Below are positions 36,475 through 45,338 of a DNA stretch of 64,000 nucleotides, piece after piece; position 1 is the stretch's first letter; each line of letters starts with the position of its first letter. Origin of the DNA: an uncultured Acidobacteriota bacterium (GTDB taxonomy: Bacteria; Acidobacteriota; Terriglobia; Acidiferrales; UBA7541); assembly GCA_963710845.1 (NCBI GenBank), contig CAVQBU010000019.1, forward strand, positions 196,241 through 260,240, in the 5' to 3' direction. Below the pieces are notes generated by a model. It searched no databases. It was not told the origin of the DNA and worked only from the letters and a program-made list of their open reading frames with translations. Made by a program: the position numbers and the translations under genes.

Positions 36475-36885
36475 TCACAAACGATCGGTAATCTGCTGTG
36501 TGAAAAGATCTCGGCTGTAGGAAATGCGCCGGTCGAGCGCCACGGCAGCAAAATAAGAACAGCTCTGACGCTCGTGCTCGAGCCAAATGGAAAATCGTGG
36601 AGCTACCGGGCGCGAAACGCGATTCAGCACCGCCAGCAGGCCGTAATAAGTTCCTACGGCGCGAATTTCTGATTGATCGTCGCCGCGCTCTGGACACAAT
36701 CGCACCAACTGCAGCAGGCGATTGAAATCATCAGCGCCGACTTCCTGATCCGCGATGCCGGTCACCTCGCGCACGCGATCCGACAGCACGATATTCTTGC
36801 TGGAAGCCAGGATCGAACGGCAATATGACACAAAGAACTGCAGGAAAATCGCCGCCGAAACTACGCAGATGAGCGCGGCAATCAT
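36475..36885 (-). CDS. hypothetical membrane-anchored protein
   Basis: MIAALICVVSAAIFLQFFVSY TM segment followed by a soluble domain. Its ATG overlaps the upstream stop (ATGA). Confidence 0.5.
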   Translation of the reverse strand: MIAALICVVSAAIFLQFFVSYCRSILASSKNIVLSDRVREVTGIADQEVGADDFNRLLQLVRLCPERGDDQSEIRAVGTYYGLLAVLNRVSRPVAPRFSIWLEHERQSCSYFAAVALDRRISYSRDLFTQQITDRL

Positions 36886-37583
36886 CGAGCCCTCGCGACC
36901 AACCGTGCCGGCTCCAGCCGCGCGTCGTCTTGAACGTGCGTGAATGTGTAAGCCCACGCCAGCGGCAGCCACAATCCCACTAGCGGCGGAAACCAGCGCA
37001 GGAAGTTCGGTTCGAGGCCTGGAAAAAGATTGCGCAGGGCGTACGTGCAAGCATCGGCACTGAAATAAACCCCGAGCGCGAGAACCAGCTGAATCAACCG
37101 CGTCCTCGTTTCACGCAACTTCAATATGGCGCCCCACAGCAGGTAGGTCAGCACCACTCCCACGAAATAGAAATTCTGGCCGATCTCCACGACGAAATGG
37201 CTCGTCAGGTGCGTTCGATTTTGATGGACCACGGCATAGGAGAAAGCGGCGGTCAGAAGTATTAACATCACCGCAGCGGAGCGGATATAGCGGCTGACGC
37301 CCATCTCCGCGAACGTCTCCTGGTAAAATTTAATGATCACCCAGAACATTAAGACGTTCAGCAAGCTGTCGGTGTAGTAGTAGAAATAGACGTAGGTCGG
37401 AGAATCAAAGCCGAAGTGATGCACGCAATAATACAGTCCGCAAGTTACCAGGGCATCGCATAACATGTAGAAAGCAATGGGGAAATAACGAAAGGCTTGT
37501 TTGCGGGAAAGTAGATACACCACTACGCCGATTTCCGCGAGGAAACCCACCAACCACAGCATGTAATCGAGTGGTCCAAGCAT
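36882..37583 (-). CDS. hypothetical polytopic membrane protein (about 7 TM)
   Basis: 233 aa with alternating hydrophobic helices and an aromatic-rich composition. No family recognised. Confidence 0.6.
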   Translation of the reverse strand: MLGPLDYMLWLVGFLAEIGVVVYLLSRKQAFRYFPIAFYMLCDALVTCGLYYCVHHFGFDSPTYVYFYYYTDSLLNVLMFWVIIKFYQETFAEMGVSRYIRSAAVMLILLTAAFSYAVVHQNRTHLTSHFVVEIGQNFYFVGVVLTYLLWGAILKLRETRTRLIQLVLALGVYFSADACTYALRNLFPGLEPNFLRWFPPLVGLWLPLAWAYTFTHVQDDARLEPARLVARAR

Positions 37584-37613
37584 TTCAAGTTCGCTTCCGG
37601 TGCTTGGCCACTC

Positions 37614-37637
37614 AGCTCCCCCCTTTTAGCGGGAGCT
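37614..37637 (-). promoter_or_regulatory. intercistronic hairpin between the repeat-peptide gene and the 7-TM gene
   Basis: AGCTCCC / GGGAGCT 7-bp stem, adjacent to the 10-bp palindrome GGGAGCTCCC. No U tract. Confidence 0.35.
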
Positions 37638-37645
37638 CCCTGGAA

Positions 37646-37873
37646 CTAGTTCCAGGGTGTGGCCGGCACCGGGGCCGTTGTACTTGCCCAGGGAGTCGGC
37701 GGCACAGGAGCCGTTGTACTCGCCCAGGGAGTCGGCGGCACGGGAGCCGTTGTACTCGCCCAAGGAGTTGGCGGCACAGGAGCCGTCGTACTCGCAACTG
37801 TAATGCCCTTCAGACCGACGGCGCTGGCCAGAATCAACATGGCCAAAACCGTAGCAACTAACAACTTACTCAT
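37646..37873 (-). CDS. small secreted tandem-repeat protein (75 aa)
   Basis: Strong RBS (GGAGGGG). Signal peptide MSKLLVATVLAMLILASAVG. Then four repeats of ASTTAPVP(P/A)TPW, ending ..TPWN. Confidence 0.6.
   Translation of the reverse strand: MSKLLVATVLAMLILASAVGLKGITVASTTAPVPPTPWASTTAPVPPTPWASTTAPVPPTPWASTTAPVPATPWN
37652..37795. repeat. 4 x 36-nt tandem repeat inside the small secreted protein gene
   Basis: Unit starts (CCAGGG / CCAAGG) at 37652, 37688, 37724 and 37760. There are a few synonymous or near-synonymous differences between units. Confidence 0.9.
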
Positions 37874-38393
37874 TGACCCCTCCGAGTAGGGAAACTACGC
37901 GGCGGAGTCTATAAGTGTTTAGTTGCCGTCAAGAGGTAAATTTTTAGAGCGTGTGCCTAAACGGTACACACCCCTCCCTCTCGACCAATCTGGAGCCTTT
38001 CTTAAACTTCGACGTCAGATTATCCGTTCGGAGTGTGTACGGTCAATGTTACCAAAGTACCAGAGATTCCGTACTTTTCCCGATTAGGAAAGGCGCTCTT
38101 ACGAGCGCTATTCAAACGGTGCCTTCAAATCGGAGCGAACCGTGATTCAATTCCAAAGTACTAGCTTGGCACGTAAACCTACCCATTGCCGAACGGAACA
38201 GAACCTCGCAGCGTGCCGGAACTCATCCCGAAGAGCCGTCGAACGGCGGCACCGAATTCCCAAACGAGCAGCCTCGATTTCGACTCTTCCATCTTTTGCT
38301 GCTACGGCCAAAACTCTTCCCGCTATGGGCATACTCTGCTAACATACATGCGCAAGTAACTCGACAATTGAATCTGTGTGGAGCGACGCAACA

Positions 38394-38585
38394 ATGGCAC
38401 TAGCATGTGAAATGTGCGGCAAGAAGCCGCTATATGGCAACGCGATCAGCCACGCCCATAACGTCACGCGGCGCCGCTGGAATCCCAATCTACGGCGCGT
38501 CAAGGCCGTGATTAAAGGCGCTCGCAAGCACGTCCGCGTCTGCACCTCCTGCATCCGTTCTGGCCGCGTTCAAAAGGCCGCGTGA
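38394..38585 (+). CDS. rpmB: 50S ribosomal protein L28
   Basis: MALACEMCGKKPLYGNAISHAHNVTRRRWNPNLRRVK.. Confidence 0.9.
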   Translation: MALACEMCGKKPLYGNAISHAHNVTRRRWNPNLRRVKAVIKGARKHVRVCTSCIRSGRVQKAA

Positions 38586-39658
38586 AGTCGGCTCTCCCCT
38601 GGAAGGAGTCCTGCTTGTCACGACGAATCTTCGCACTCGCACTGCTAGCCGCGGGTGTGTGCGTGGTCGGCTGCAAGAAGGAAACCGCGCCAGGCCCGGA
38701 CGTCTGGGCCGTCGTGAATGGCAAGGAGATTCAACGCGCCGAGGTAGAGAAATACTTCCGGACGCGCGTTAACGCGGAGGGCCCCGCGCCATCGCAGGAA
38801 GAGGCGCTCTCGCTCAAGCTGAATATCCTCGATGAGCTTGTGAACAACGAAATTCTGCTCGAACGCGCCAACAAACTGAATCTGGTCGCCAGCGATGCGG
38901 AAGTAGAAGACAAATTCACCGAATCCAAGAGCCCTTTTACCGAGGAAGAATTTCAGAAAAAGCTCAAGGATTCTGAACTTACGGTGGACGATCTGAAAGG
39001 AGACATCCGGCGCCAGCTTTCCGTGCAGAAGCTCCTGAATAGGGAAGTGGTCGCGAAGATTTCGATCACCGACCAGGACGTGCTCGACTTCTACAACAAA
39101 AATCGCGCGCAATTCAATGTCGCGGAACTGCAGTTTCACATCGCGCAGATTGTTGTGACGCCGCACCCCGACGCTGCCGTGCACAACCGCAAGAACGACA
39201 AAGCCACCAGCGAGCCCGAAGCCAAGCGAAAAATCAGCCTCATCCAGCAAAAGCTTGCAAGCGGCGCTGATTTTTCCCTGCTCGCGATGGATTATTCCGA
39301 GGATTCCACGGCAGCGACCGGCGGCGATCTCGGTTTCGTGCCGGAATCTGCATTGAATCAATCCGACCCGCTTTTGAAGAAAACGGTTCTGGCAATGAGG
39401 CCCGGCGACGTCACCCAACCCATCGGAGTGAAAAACGGTGGATACCGCATTCTCAAGCTAATCGCCAAAGAGCCCGCCGGCCAGCGCGAGCTTTCCGATC
39501 CGCAAGTGCAACAGTCCATCCGCGACATGCTGCGCAACCGCAAAGAGCAGCTCTTGCGCTCAGCGTATATGATCGACGCGCGAGACGATTCGCATGTCAC
39601 GAATTATCTGGCCAGGCAAATTCTGGAATCTGCAGGAAAGCTTCCCGCCTCAAAATAG
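38582..39658 (+). CDS. SurA-like peptidyl-prolyl isomerase lipoprotein
   Basis: Lipobox LLAAGVCVVGC, SurA-N-like helices and parvulin core GGDLGFVPE..GGYRILKL. Confidence 0.85.
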   Translation: MKSALPWKESCLSRRIFALALLAAGVCVVGCKKETAPGPDVWAVVNGKEIQRAEVEKYFRTRVNAEGPAPSQEEALSLKLNILDELVNNEILLERANKLNLVASDAEVEDKFTESKSPFTEEEFQKKLKDSELTVDDLKGDIRRQLSVQKLLNREVVAKISITDQDVLDFYNKNRAQFNVAELQFHIAQIVVTPHPDAAVHNRKNDKATSEPEAKRKISLIQQKLASGADFSLLAMDYSEDSTAATGGDLGFVPESALNQSDPLLKKTVLAMRPGDVTQPIGVKNGGYRILKLIAKEPAGQRELSDPQVQQSIRDMLRNRKEQLLRSAYMIDARDDSHVTNYLARQILESAGKLPASK

Positions 39659-39720
39659 GCCGCAAATCGCAATGACAATCCAGAGGTCCGCGAATCAGGT
39701 AATTCGGCGATTGCTGAGAA

Positions 39721-39960
39721 TTAGCCGCGGCTAATGGTGTGCGCAAGAGGCCGACCCGGACGAACGATCCGGGCGATGAAAATTGCGATCAGTCCCGCGA
39801 GCGGGCTTAACAGCAGGACCGTGACGAATCCCTTCCAGAACGCGATGCCTTCCTTCTCCACCTTTTCCGCCGTCAGCGCGCAGGCCATCACCCAGACCAG
39901 CCCGACGATTGCGCATAACAGCCACGCTGCGGCCGTAGCAAAATGCACATGTAAAAACAT
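39721..39960 (-). CDS. small two-TM membrane protein, hypothetical
   Basis: 79 aa with two hydrophobic helices. No family recognised. Confidence 0.4.
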   Translation of the reverse strand: MFLHVHFATAAAWLLCAIVGLVWVMACALTAEKVEKEGIAFWKGFVTVLLLSPLAGLIAIFIARIVRPGRPLAHTISRG

Positions 39961-40106
39961 TCCGAATCCCCCAAGTCTGCCTGTGCCTCTAGATTCGGGA
40001 CCCCTGCCCGGATTGCAACCATTCTGACCGGACCAAGCGGGCCGACGAAGGCGCGAAAAACAAAAGGGAACTTAAGGGTTACTAGTAACGAGTCTGAAAC
40101 GGTCGC

Positions 40107-40625
40107 TCAGCTCACGATGGCCACCACCTCTCCCGCATTCACGGTCTGGCCTTCGACGACGGACACCCCGTCAATCGTTCCGGATTTCGGCGTGCGGATC
40201 TCGTTCTGCATTTTCATCGCCTCTACCACCACCAGCCCTTGGCCCGCCCGAACCACATCGCCCGTCTTCACCAGCACGCGCACGATCTTCCCGGGCATGG
40301 GAGCCAGTACCTGCTGGCGGCCTTCTGCTTCGATGGCGCTACCTCGTTTGCGTCGCCATTCACGTTCGTCCGCAACCACGATCCTAAATTCCCGGCGGCC
40401 TGCGATCGCCCGCACCCCTGCACCAGAGCGCTCCACGCGCACTTCGAACGATTTTCCGCTTATCAGTATCGAATAGATTCCAGGCGACACCTCCGTCGCA
40501 TCAGCTTCCAGACGTTGCCCGTCAATCGCCCAAACCGGACGCTCGCTCGTTCGCATCAGCTCCGCCTGAAGTTTTTTTCCGTCAATCTCAATCTGCAATT
40601 TCACGCTGGCTCCGCCTAGACTCAC
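40107..40625 (-). CDS. biotin carboxyl carrier (biotin/lipoyl attachment) protein
   Basis: Biotinylation motif EAMKMQNEI near the C-terminus. GTG start is in the same frame as the upstream biotin carboxylase, separated only by TGA plus 3 codons. Confidence 0.8.
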   Translation of the reverse strand: MSLGGASVKLQIEIDGKKLQAELMRTSERPVWAIDGQRLEADATEVSPGIYSILISGKSFEVRVERSGAGVRAIAGRREFRIVVADEREWRRKRGSAIEAEGRQQVLAPMPGKIVRVLVKTGDVVRAGQGLVVVEAMKMQNEIRTPKSGTIDGVSVVEGQTVNAGEVVAIVS

Positions 40626-40634
40626 GCGATGTGG

Positions 40635-42167
40635 TCACAGCTCTGGCTCGCGATTCACTTGTTCCCGCCGGCTTTCTGCTTTCCACCGCGATTCTGCAAT
40701 GGCGGGTGGCGCGGAAGCGTTCGAACCACTCGATTGCGACGTGTGGCACAGAAATGCGGCAATCGCTGCAGCTTGCTCGGCCTGGGCCTCTTGTTCGCTG
40801 CCGTCGCGACTATTTGTGGCAGGTTCGGCGCTCAGGAAATCGTCCAGCCAGCGCGTGTAGATCGCGCCACTCTGAAAATCGCTGCTGCTGAGGATGCTGC
40901 GAAAAAGCGAGACATTGGTTTTTATCCCGCTTGCATAATATTCCTGCAGAGCCCGGCTCATCCGCGCGATGGCTTCGTGGCGATCGCCGCCCCATGCAAT
41001 CACCTTTCCCAACATCGGGTCGTACTCATTCGGCACGGTCCAGCCCGCGTAAATCCCCTCGTCCAACCGAATCCCGGGCCCATTCGGAACTCTGCAATCC
41101 GCGATTTTCCCGGGTGACGGGAAGAAATTATTGTCGGGGTCTTCGGCGTAGATGCGGCACTCGATGGCATGCCCGCGCAATTCAATGTCTTCCTGGCGAA
41201 AAGGCAAAGGCTCACCGGCAGCGATGCGCATTTGCAACTTCACCAGATCCAGCGACGTCACCATCTCCGTCACGGGATGTTCCACTTGCAGCCGCGTGTT
41301 CATCTCTAGAAAATAAAAATTCCGTTGCGAGTCCACTAGGAATTCCACGGTGCCCGCGTTCGTATAATTCCCGGCGCGCGCCAACTTCACCGCCGCTTCG
41401 CCCATGCCTTTTCGCAATTCCGGCGTCATAAACGGTGACGGCGCCTCCTCAATCACTTTCTGGTGCCGTCGTTGCACCGAACATTCGCGCTCTCCCAAAT
41501 AAACAAAATGTCCGTAATGATCTGCCAGCACTTGAATCTCGATGTGCCGAGGGCGCTCCAAATATTTCTCCATGTACAGCCGCGCGTCGCCGAAGGCGTT
41601 CTGCGCTTCGGACGCCGCATCGCGCCAGGCGGACACAAGTTCGCTCTCGGCCGCCACGCTGCGCATTCCTTTGCCACCGCCGCCCGCCACCGCCTTCAAA
41701 ATCACCGGGAAACCAATCTCCCCCGCAATTTTCGCCGCCTCGTCCGCATTATCGATCGGGTCCAGCGTGCCGGTTACGGTGGGTGCTCCCACATCCCGAG
41801 CGATGCGCCGCGCCGCGGTCTTCGAGCCCAGCTGCTCCATCGCGCTAGCCGACGGTCCAATGAAAGTAACGCCAGCATCCACACACGCGCGCGCTAGCGC
41901 GGGATTCTCCGCCAGAAAACCGTAGCCGGGATGAATTGCGTCGCACCCCGCACCGCGCGCGACGCCGAGAATCTTCTCAATCACTAAATAGCTCTCGCGC
42001 GAGGGCGCGGGACCAATCGGGTACGCCTCGTCCGCCAGCCGCACGTGAAGGGATGCGCGATCCACGTCGCTGTACACCGCGACGACTCTCACTCCCAGTT
42101 CTCGGCAAGCCCGCGCGATGCGTACGGCAATCTCGCCACGATTGGCAATCAATACCTTCGTGAACAT
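40635..42167 (-). CDS. accC: biotin carboxylase (acetyl/acyl-CoA carboxylase subunit)
   Basis: MFTKVLIANRGEIAVR, ATP-grasp region and EMNTRLQVEHPVTE. 510 aa including a C-terminal extension of about 60 aa. Confidence 0.95.
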   Translation of the reverse strand: MFTKVLIANRGEIAVRIARACRELGVRVVAVYSDVDRASLHVRLADEAYPIGPAPSRESYLVIEKILGVARGAGCDAIHPGYGFLAENPALARACVDAGVTFIGPSASAMEQLGSKTAARRIARDVGAPTVTGTLDPIDNADEAAKIAGEIGFPVILKAVAGGGGKGMRSVAAESELVSAWRDAASEAQNAFGDARLYMEKYLERPRHIEIQVLADHYGHFVYLGERECSVQRRHQKVIEEAPSPFMTPELRKGMGEAAVKLARAGNYTNAGTVEFLVDSQRNFYFLEMNTRLQVEHPVTEMVTSLDLVKLQMRIAAGEPLPFRQEDIELRGHAIECRIYAEDPDNNFFPSPGKIADCRVPNGPGIRLDEGIYAGWTVPNEYDPMLGKVIAWGGDRHEAIARMSRALQEYYASGIKTNVSLFRSILSSSDFQSGAIYTRWLDDFLSAEPATNSRDGSEQEAQAEQAAAIAAFLCHTSQSSGSNASAPPAIAESRWKAESRREQVNREPEL

Positions 42168-42657
42168 TGCAGCACTCCGTGCAAACCCGGGATTCTAGCA
42201 TCTTGGCTACTCGGCCGCCTGCAGCAGCAAGCCGAGCTCCAGGGCGAGTCTCAGCTCGTAAATCAGCCTCGGCGTGCCGCGGGCACTCCGAGTTTCTCAC
42301 GCGACGCGACCCTAGTCCCCGTCGAAAAGCGCGAAAAAGCTATGAACCGCGAGTCCCAGCGAGAATCGTGGATGGCACCTGACAACCGTGCTTGCCTATT
42401 AGTCTCCGAACGGACCGGTTTCGCCGAGCAAAAGTGACGAAAGCCGCTGGTAGTGAAAGCCAAAAGTGCTTTGCAACGGTGAGTAGCGTCCGGCGCTGTC
42501 GGAACGGAAGTCAACAACAATCCTGCTTGAACGGAGAGATTAGGCGTGCAAGAAAAGATCCGGCTAAACCAGAAGTGTCTTCTTCTTAACTGTTATAGAT
42601 CCACGGAGGAGGACTTGCGAAAAAGATGAAAGTGCTTAGGTGGAAAGAAATCACAAC

Positions 42658-44010
42658 CTAATTTGGCTGTGTACTCGTGCTTGAGTTCGTAAAGGTTTCA
42701 ACGGAATGGGACGGCACAGTTGCGGAAAAGGAGCCGGAAGAAACAGCTATTGCCGTTTGCTCGCTCAGACTTGCACTGCTAGAGGTGAGATACGGAGTAA
42801 CTTTTGCACCCATCGTTGTCCCCACGGCGATCGTAACCGACACAGAGCTTCTGCCGTTGTTCACCGCCACGACAGTGCCGGAATTTCCAGCTGGGTTTGT
42901 GAACGCCGTGATGAGGAGAGACGTGGAGTTCGTGACAGACACCATGTGCCAGCCGGGTAAAACAAACCTGCTCCAATTGCCGATGGCGTAGGCCCGCTTG
43001 GCGATATTGTTGTTCTTATCCGTGAGCGCCTCATTGTCGTCAAAATCGCCATTGGCATCCAGTAGCCAGAATCCCCAGTAATTGACCCGCGCGTTGGTCA
43101 AATAGTAGTGAATCTGCGATGCGTAGTTGAGGGCGCTCGTGATCGTCCCGTCGTAAGGATTGGAATCCGAGACTTCAGTCTGCCACACGTGCTGCCCGGT
43201 ATTATTCTTAAAGGTTAATGGACCGCTGGGCTGCGGGACTGCATACCCGTGAGAGGCGACGATGGCAACGTCCGCTGCGGTTGTGGCATCGTCCATGGGA
43301 CCCGCAGCAATGTTAATTGTCCAAGGCGTGTCCTCAGCAACCATGACCTTTACGCTGGAATGGCCGGCCGTGTTGAGGGCTGAACGTAGGTAGGGGATAT
43401 AGTCGTGCAGTTGCGTCGCTGTCCACACGCAGCTTGGATAATGAGTGTTCTCTTCCGGCTCATTCTGCGGACTGATCGCGTAAATTGGAACGTTGTAAGT
43501 ACCTTTCATTAACGTCACAAAAGCGACCTGAATATTAGCCAGCTTTTTGTAATTCGTGGAATTGCCAATCATATTACCGCCCGACTGAAACGCGCCATTG
43601 TCCTTCATCGAGCCGGGAGGACTCAACTCACTTGCGAACACCCTCGCTCCCCTCGCCACTGCGGCTTGAGCCATGGAAAGGTCTGAACTGGCAATTGTCG
43701 GTCCAGAAGACACATTGACGCAGCTTCCGTTTCCGTTCGGAACTGTCGCCTGATCTGTCTGGCAATCCGTCAGGTCCGGATATATTTGCATCCTGTACCA
43801 TTGAAGGGCCATCCCCGAAGAAGTGTAGAAAAAATTCATTTGCGCGGAATTTAGAGTTTGGACGACGCCAGCTCCCGCCGCACCGAACCCGTCAATTGTC
43901 TGCCGCGCGCTTGGCCAATTCACGGTAATTGTCTGAATTGGCTGGGCGCAGGAAACAGCCCCAGATGTCAAAAGGATAACCGGAAGCAAAAGGTATCGGC
44001 GCATCGTCAC
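42658..44010 (-). CDS. secreted glycoside hydrolase family 30 protein (intact copy)
   Basis: Signal peptide. Motifs TVNW..QTIDGFGAAG, ISPQNEPE and VWQTEVS. 450 aa. Confidence 0.85.
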   Translation of the reverse strand: MTMRRYLLLPVILLTSGAVSCAQPIQTITVNWPSARQTIDGFGAAGAGVVQTLNSAQMNFFYTSSGMALQWYRMQIYPDLTDCQTDQATVPNGNGSCVNVSSGPTIASSDLSMAQAAVARGARVFASELSPPGSMKDNGAFQSGGNMIGNSTNYKKLANIQVAFVTLMKGTYNVPIYAISPQNEPEENTHYPSCVWTATQLHDYIPYLRSALNTAGHSSVKVMVAEDTPWTINIAAGPMDDATTAADVAIVASHGYAVPQPSGPLTFKNNTGQHVWQTEVSDSNPYDGTITSALNYASQIHYYLTNARVNYWGFWLLDANGDFDDNEALTDKNNNIAKRAYAIGNWSRFVLPGWHMVSVTNSTSLLITAFTNPAGNSGTVVAVNNGRSSVSVTIAVGTTMGAKVTPYLTSSSASLSEQTAIAVSSGSFSATVPSHSVETFTNSSTSTQPN

Positions 44011-44206
44011 CTAACTGCCGCTGGCTGCCCGAAGGAATTGCGCGAAACACCCAGCTTCGTTCTCGTCACCGGCTGCGTTCCTCACTGTAGTGATCCCTCC
44101 ATCATTGGGGTTCCCCTCGATTCATTCTGTCCGTGCATGTCCCCGAAACCTACTGTAACCGTTCCAGATGAGCCTTGCCAAAGAACTTCGCAGACGCATT
44201 CTGACG
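42688..44206. repeat. segmental duplication, copy C (partner 2774-4283)
   Basis: See 2774-4283. The last ~66 bp (44141-44206) also match the 218-bp module. Confidence 0.85.
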
Positions 44207-44323
44207 TCGAAGTCCTGCGGGCAAACGTCAACGCCACCGGCAAAAGGGCAGTTCCGACCCCTGCTATCCCCATCACCCTGTTCCGTTGACACCCATATGA
44301 GCCGCTGTTAGATTGCATACTTT

Positions 44324-45304
44324 GTGTTAATAGGGCGGCCCAATATAATTGCCGGTATAATTGTTAGGCGCGTTGTCTGGATGGCTTCCCTGGCAGTGAT
44401 GCTCACGTCTGCCTCCGGTTGTGCCGTCAGCCAGAAAACCGTCGTCAAGCCGTCCCAAGTGCCAACACAGCTGCAGACCGCCACGAAAGAGCAGCTGCTC
44501 GATGCTTACGATCGCCAGGCGCAAGCAATCCAATCTCTAAACGCCGGCGTGACCATGAAACTCACGGCGGGCTCTGCATACTCCGGCGTAATCGAGCAAT
44601 ACCATGAAGTGAACGGTTTTATTCTGGCAGCCAGGCCCGCCAGCATTCGCGTGATCGGCCAAGCCCCGGTAGTTGGCAAAAATATTTTCGACATGGTCAG
44701 CGACGGTTCGACTTTCAGTATTTACATACCAGCGAAGAACAAATTCATCGTCGGCCCAGCCAATCTGGAGCGACGCGCCCAGAAACCGATCGAAAATCTC
44801 CGGCCGCAACATCTGCTGGACGCGCTCTTCTGGCCCGTCATCACCGAGGGCACGCCAGTTTTGTACGAAGAAGCGAACGAAGCAACATCGCGATTCTACA
44901 TTTTAACAGTAGTGAGGTCGGTAGCGCCGCAATCGGCAGCCGGTTCTGGTGAACCGGCGACTAACTGGGAAATCGCGGGGAAGATATGGTTCGATCGCGC
45001 GGATCTGCGCGTCTCAAGGATTGAGAATTTTGCTTCCGGTGGTAAGGTGGCTTCGGACGTCGCGTATGCAAATTGGCAGACCACTGCTGCCGCCAGCTAT
45101 CCGTGGCAGATCAACGTCACTCGGCCCAGCGACGACTATCAATTGCAGATTACAATCAAGAAGCTTACTGTGAACGAGACAATCGCTCCAGACCGCTTCT
45201 CCCTGCCGCAGCCGCCCGGCACGGATTTGGTCAACCTCGGCGAAAATAACGGGGCAGACTCTCATAAGGACTCTGGGCCTAATCCTAAGGAGCCGCAACA
45301 CTAG
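44324..45304 (+). CDS. lipoprotein, LolB/DUF4292-like fold (tentative)
   Basis: Lipobox-like LTSASGC. A beta-rich body similar to outer-membrane lipoprotein-sorting proteins. Start is uncertain (GTG 44324 or ATG 44381). Confidence 0.6.
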   Translation: MLIGRPNIIAGIIVRRVVWMASLAVMLTSASGCAVSQKTVVKPSQVPTQLQTATKEQLLDAYDRQAQAIQSLNAGVTMKLTAGSAYSGVIEQYHEVNGFILAARPASIRVIGQAPVVGKNIFDMVSDGSTFSIYIPAKNKFIVGPANLERRAQKPIENLRPQHLLDALFWPVITEGTPVLYEEANEATSRFYILTVVRSVAPQSAAGSGEPATNWEIAGKIWFDRADLRVSRIENFASGGKVASDVAYANWQTTAAASYPWQINVTRPSDDYQLQITIKKLTVNETIAPDRFSLPQPPGTDLVNLGENNGADSHKDSGPNPKEPQH

Positions 45305-45338
45305 CGCATTCAGAATTGCCTGAGCGCGCCAAAAATTT

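Noticed and set aside
37652-37795. 36-nt tandem repeats that might suggest a CRISPR-like array.
   Set aside because: The units are directly adjacent with no spacers, lie in-frame inside a well-supported small ORF, and no cas genes are nearby.
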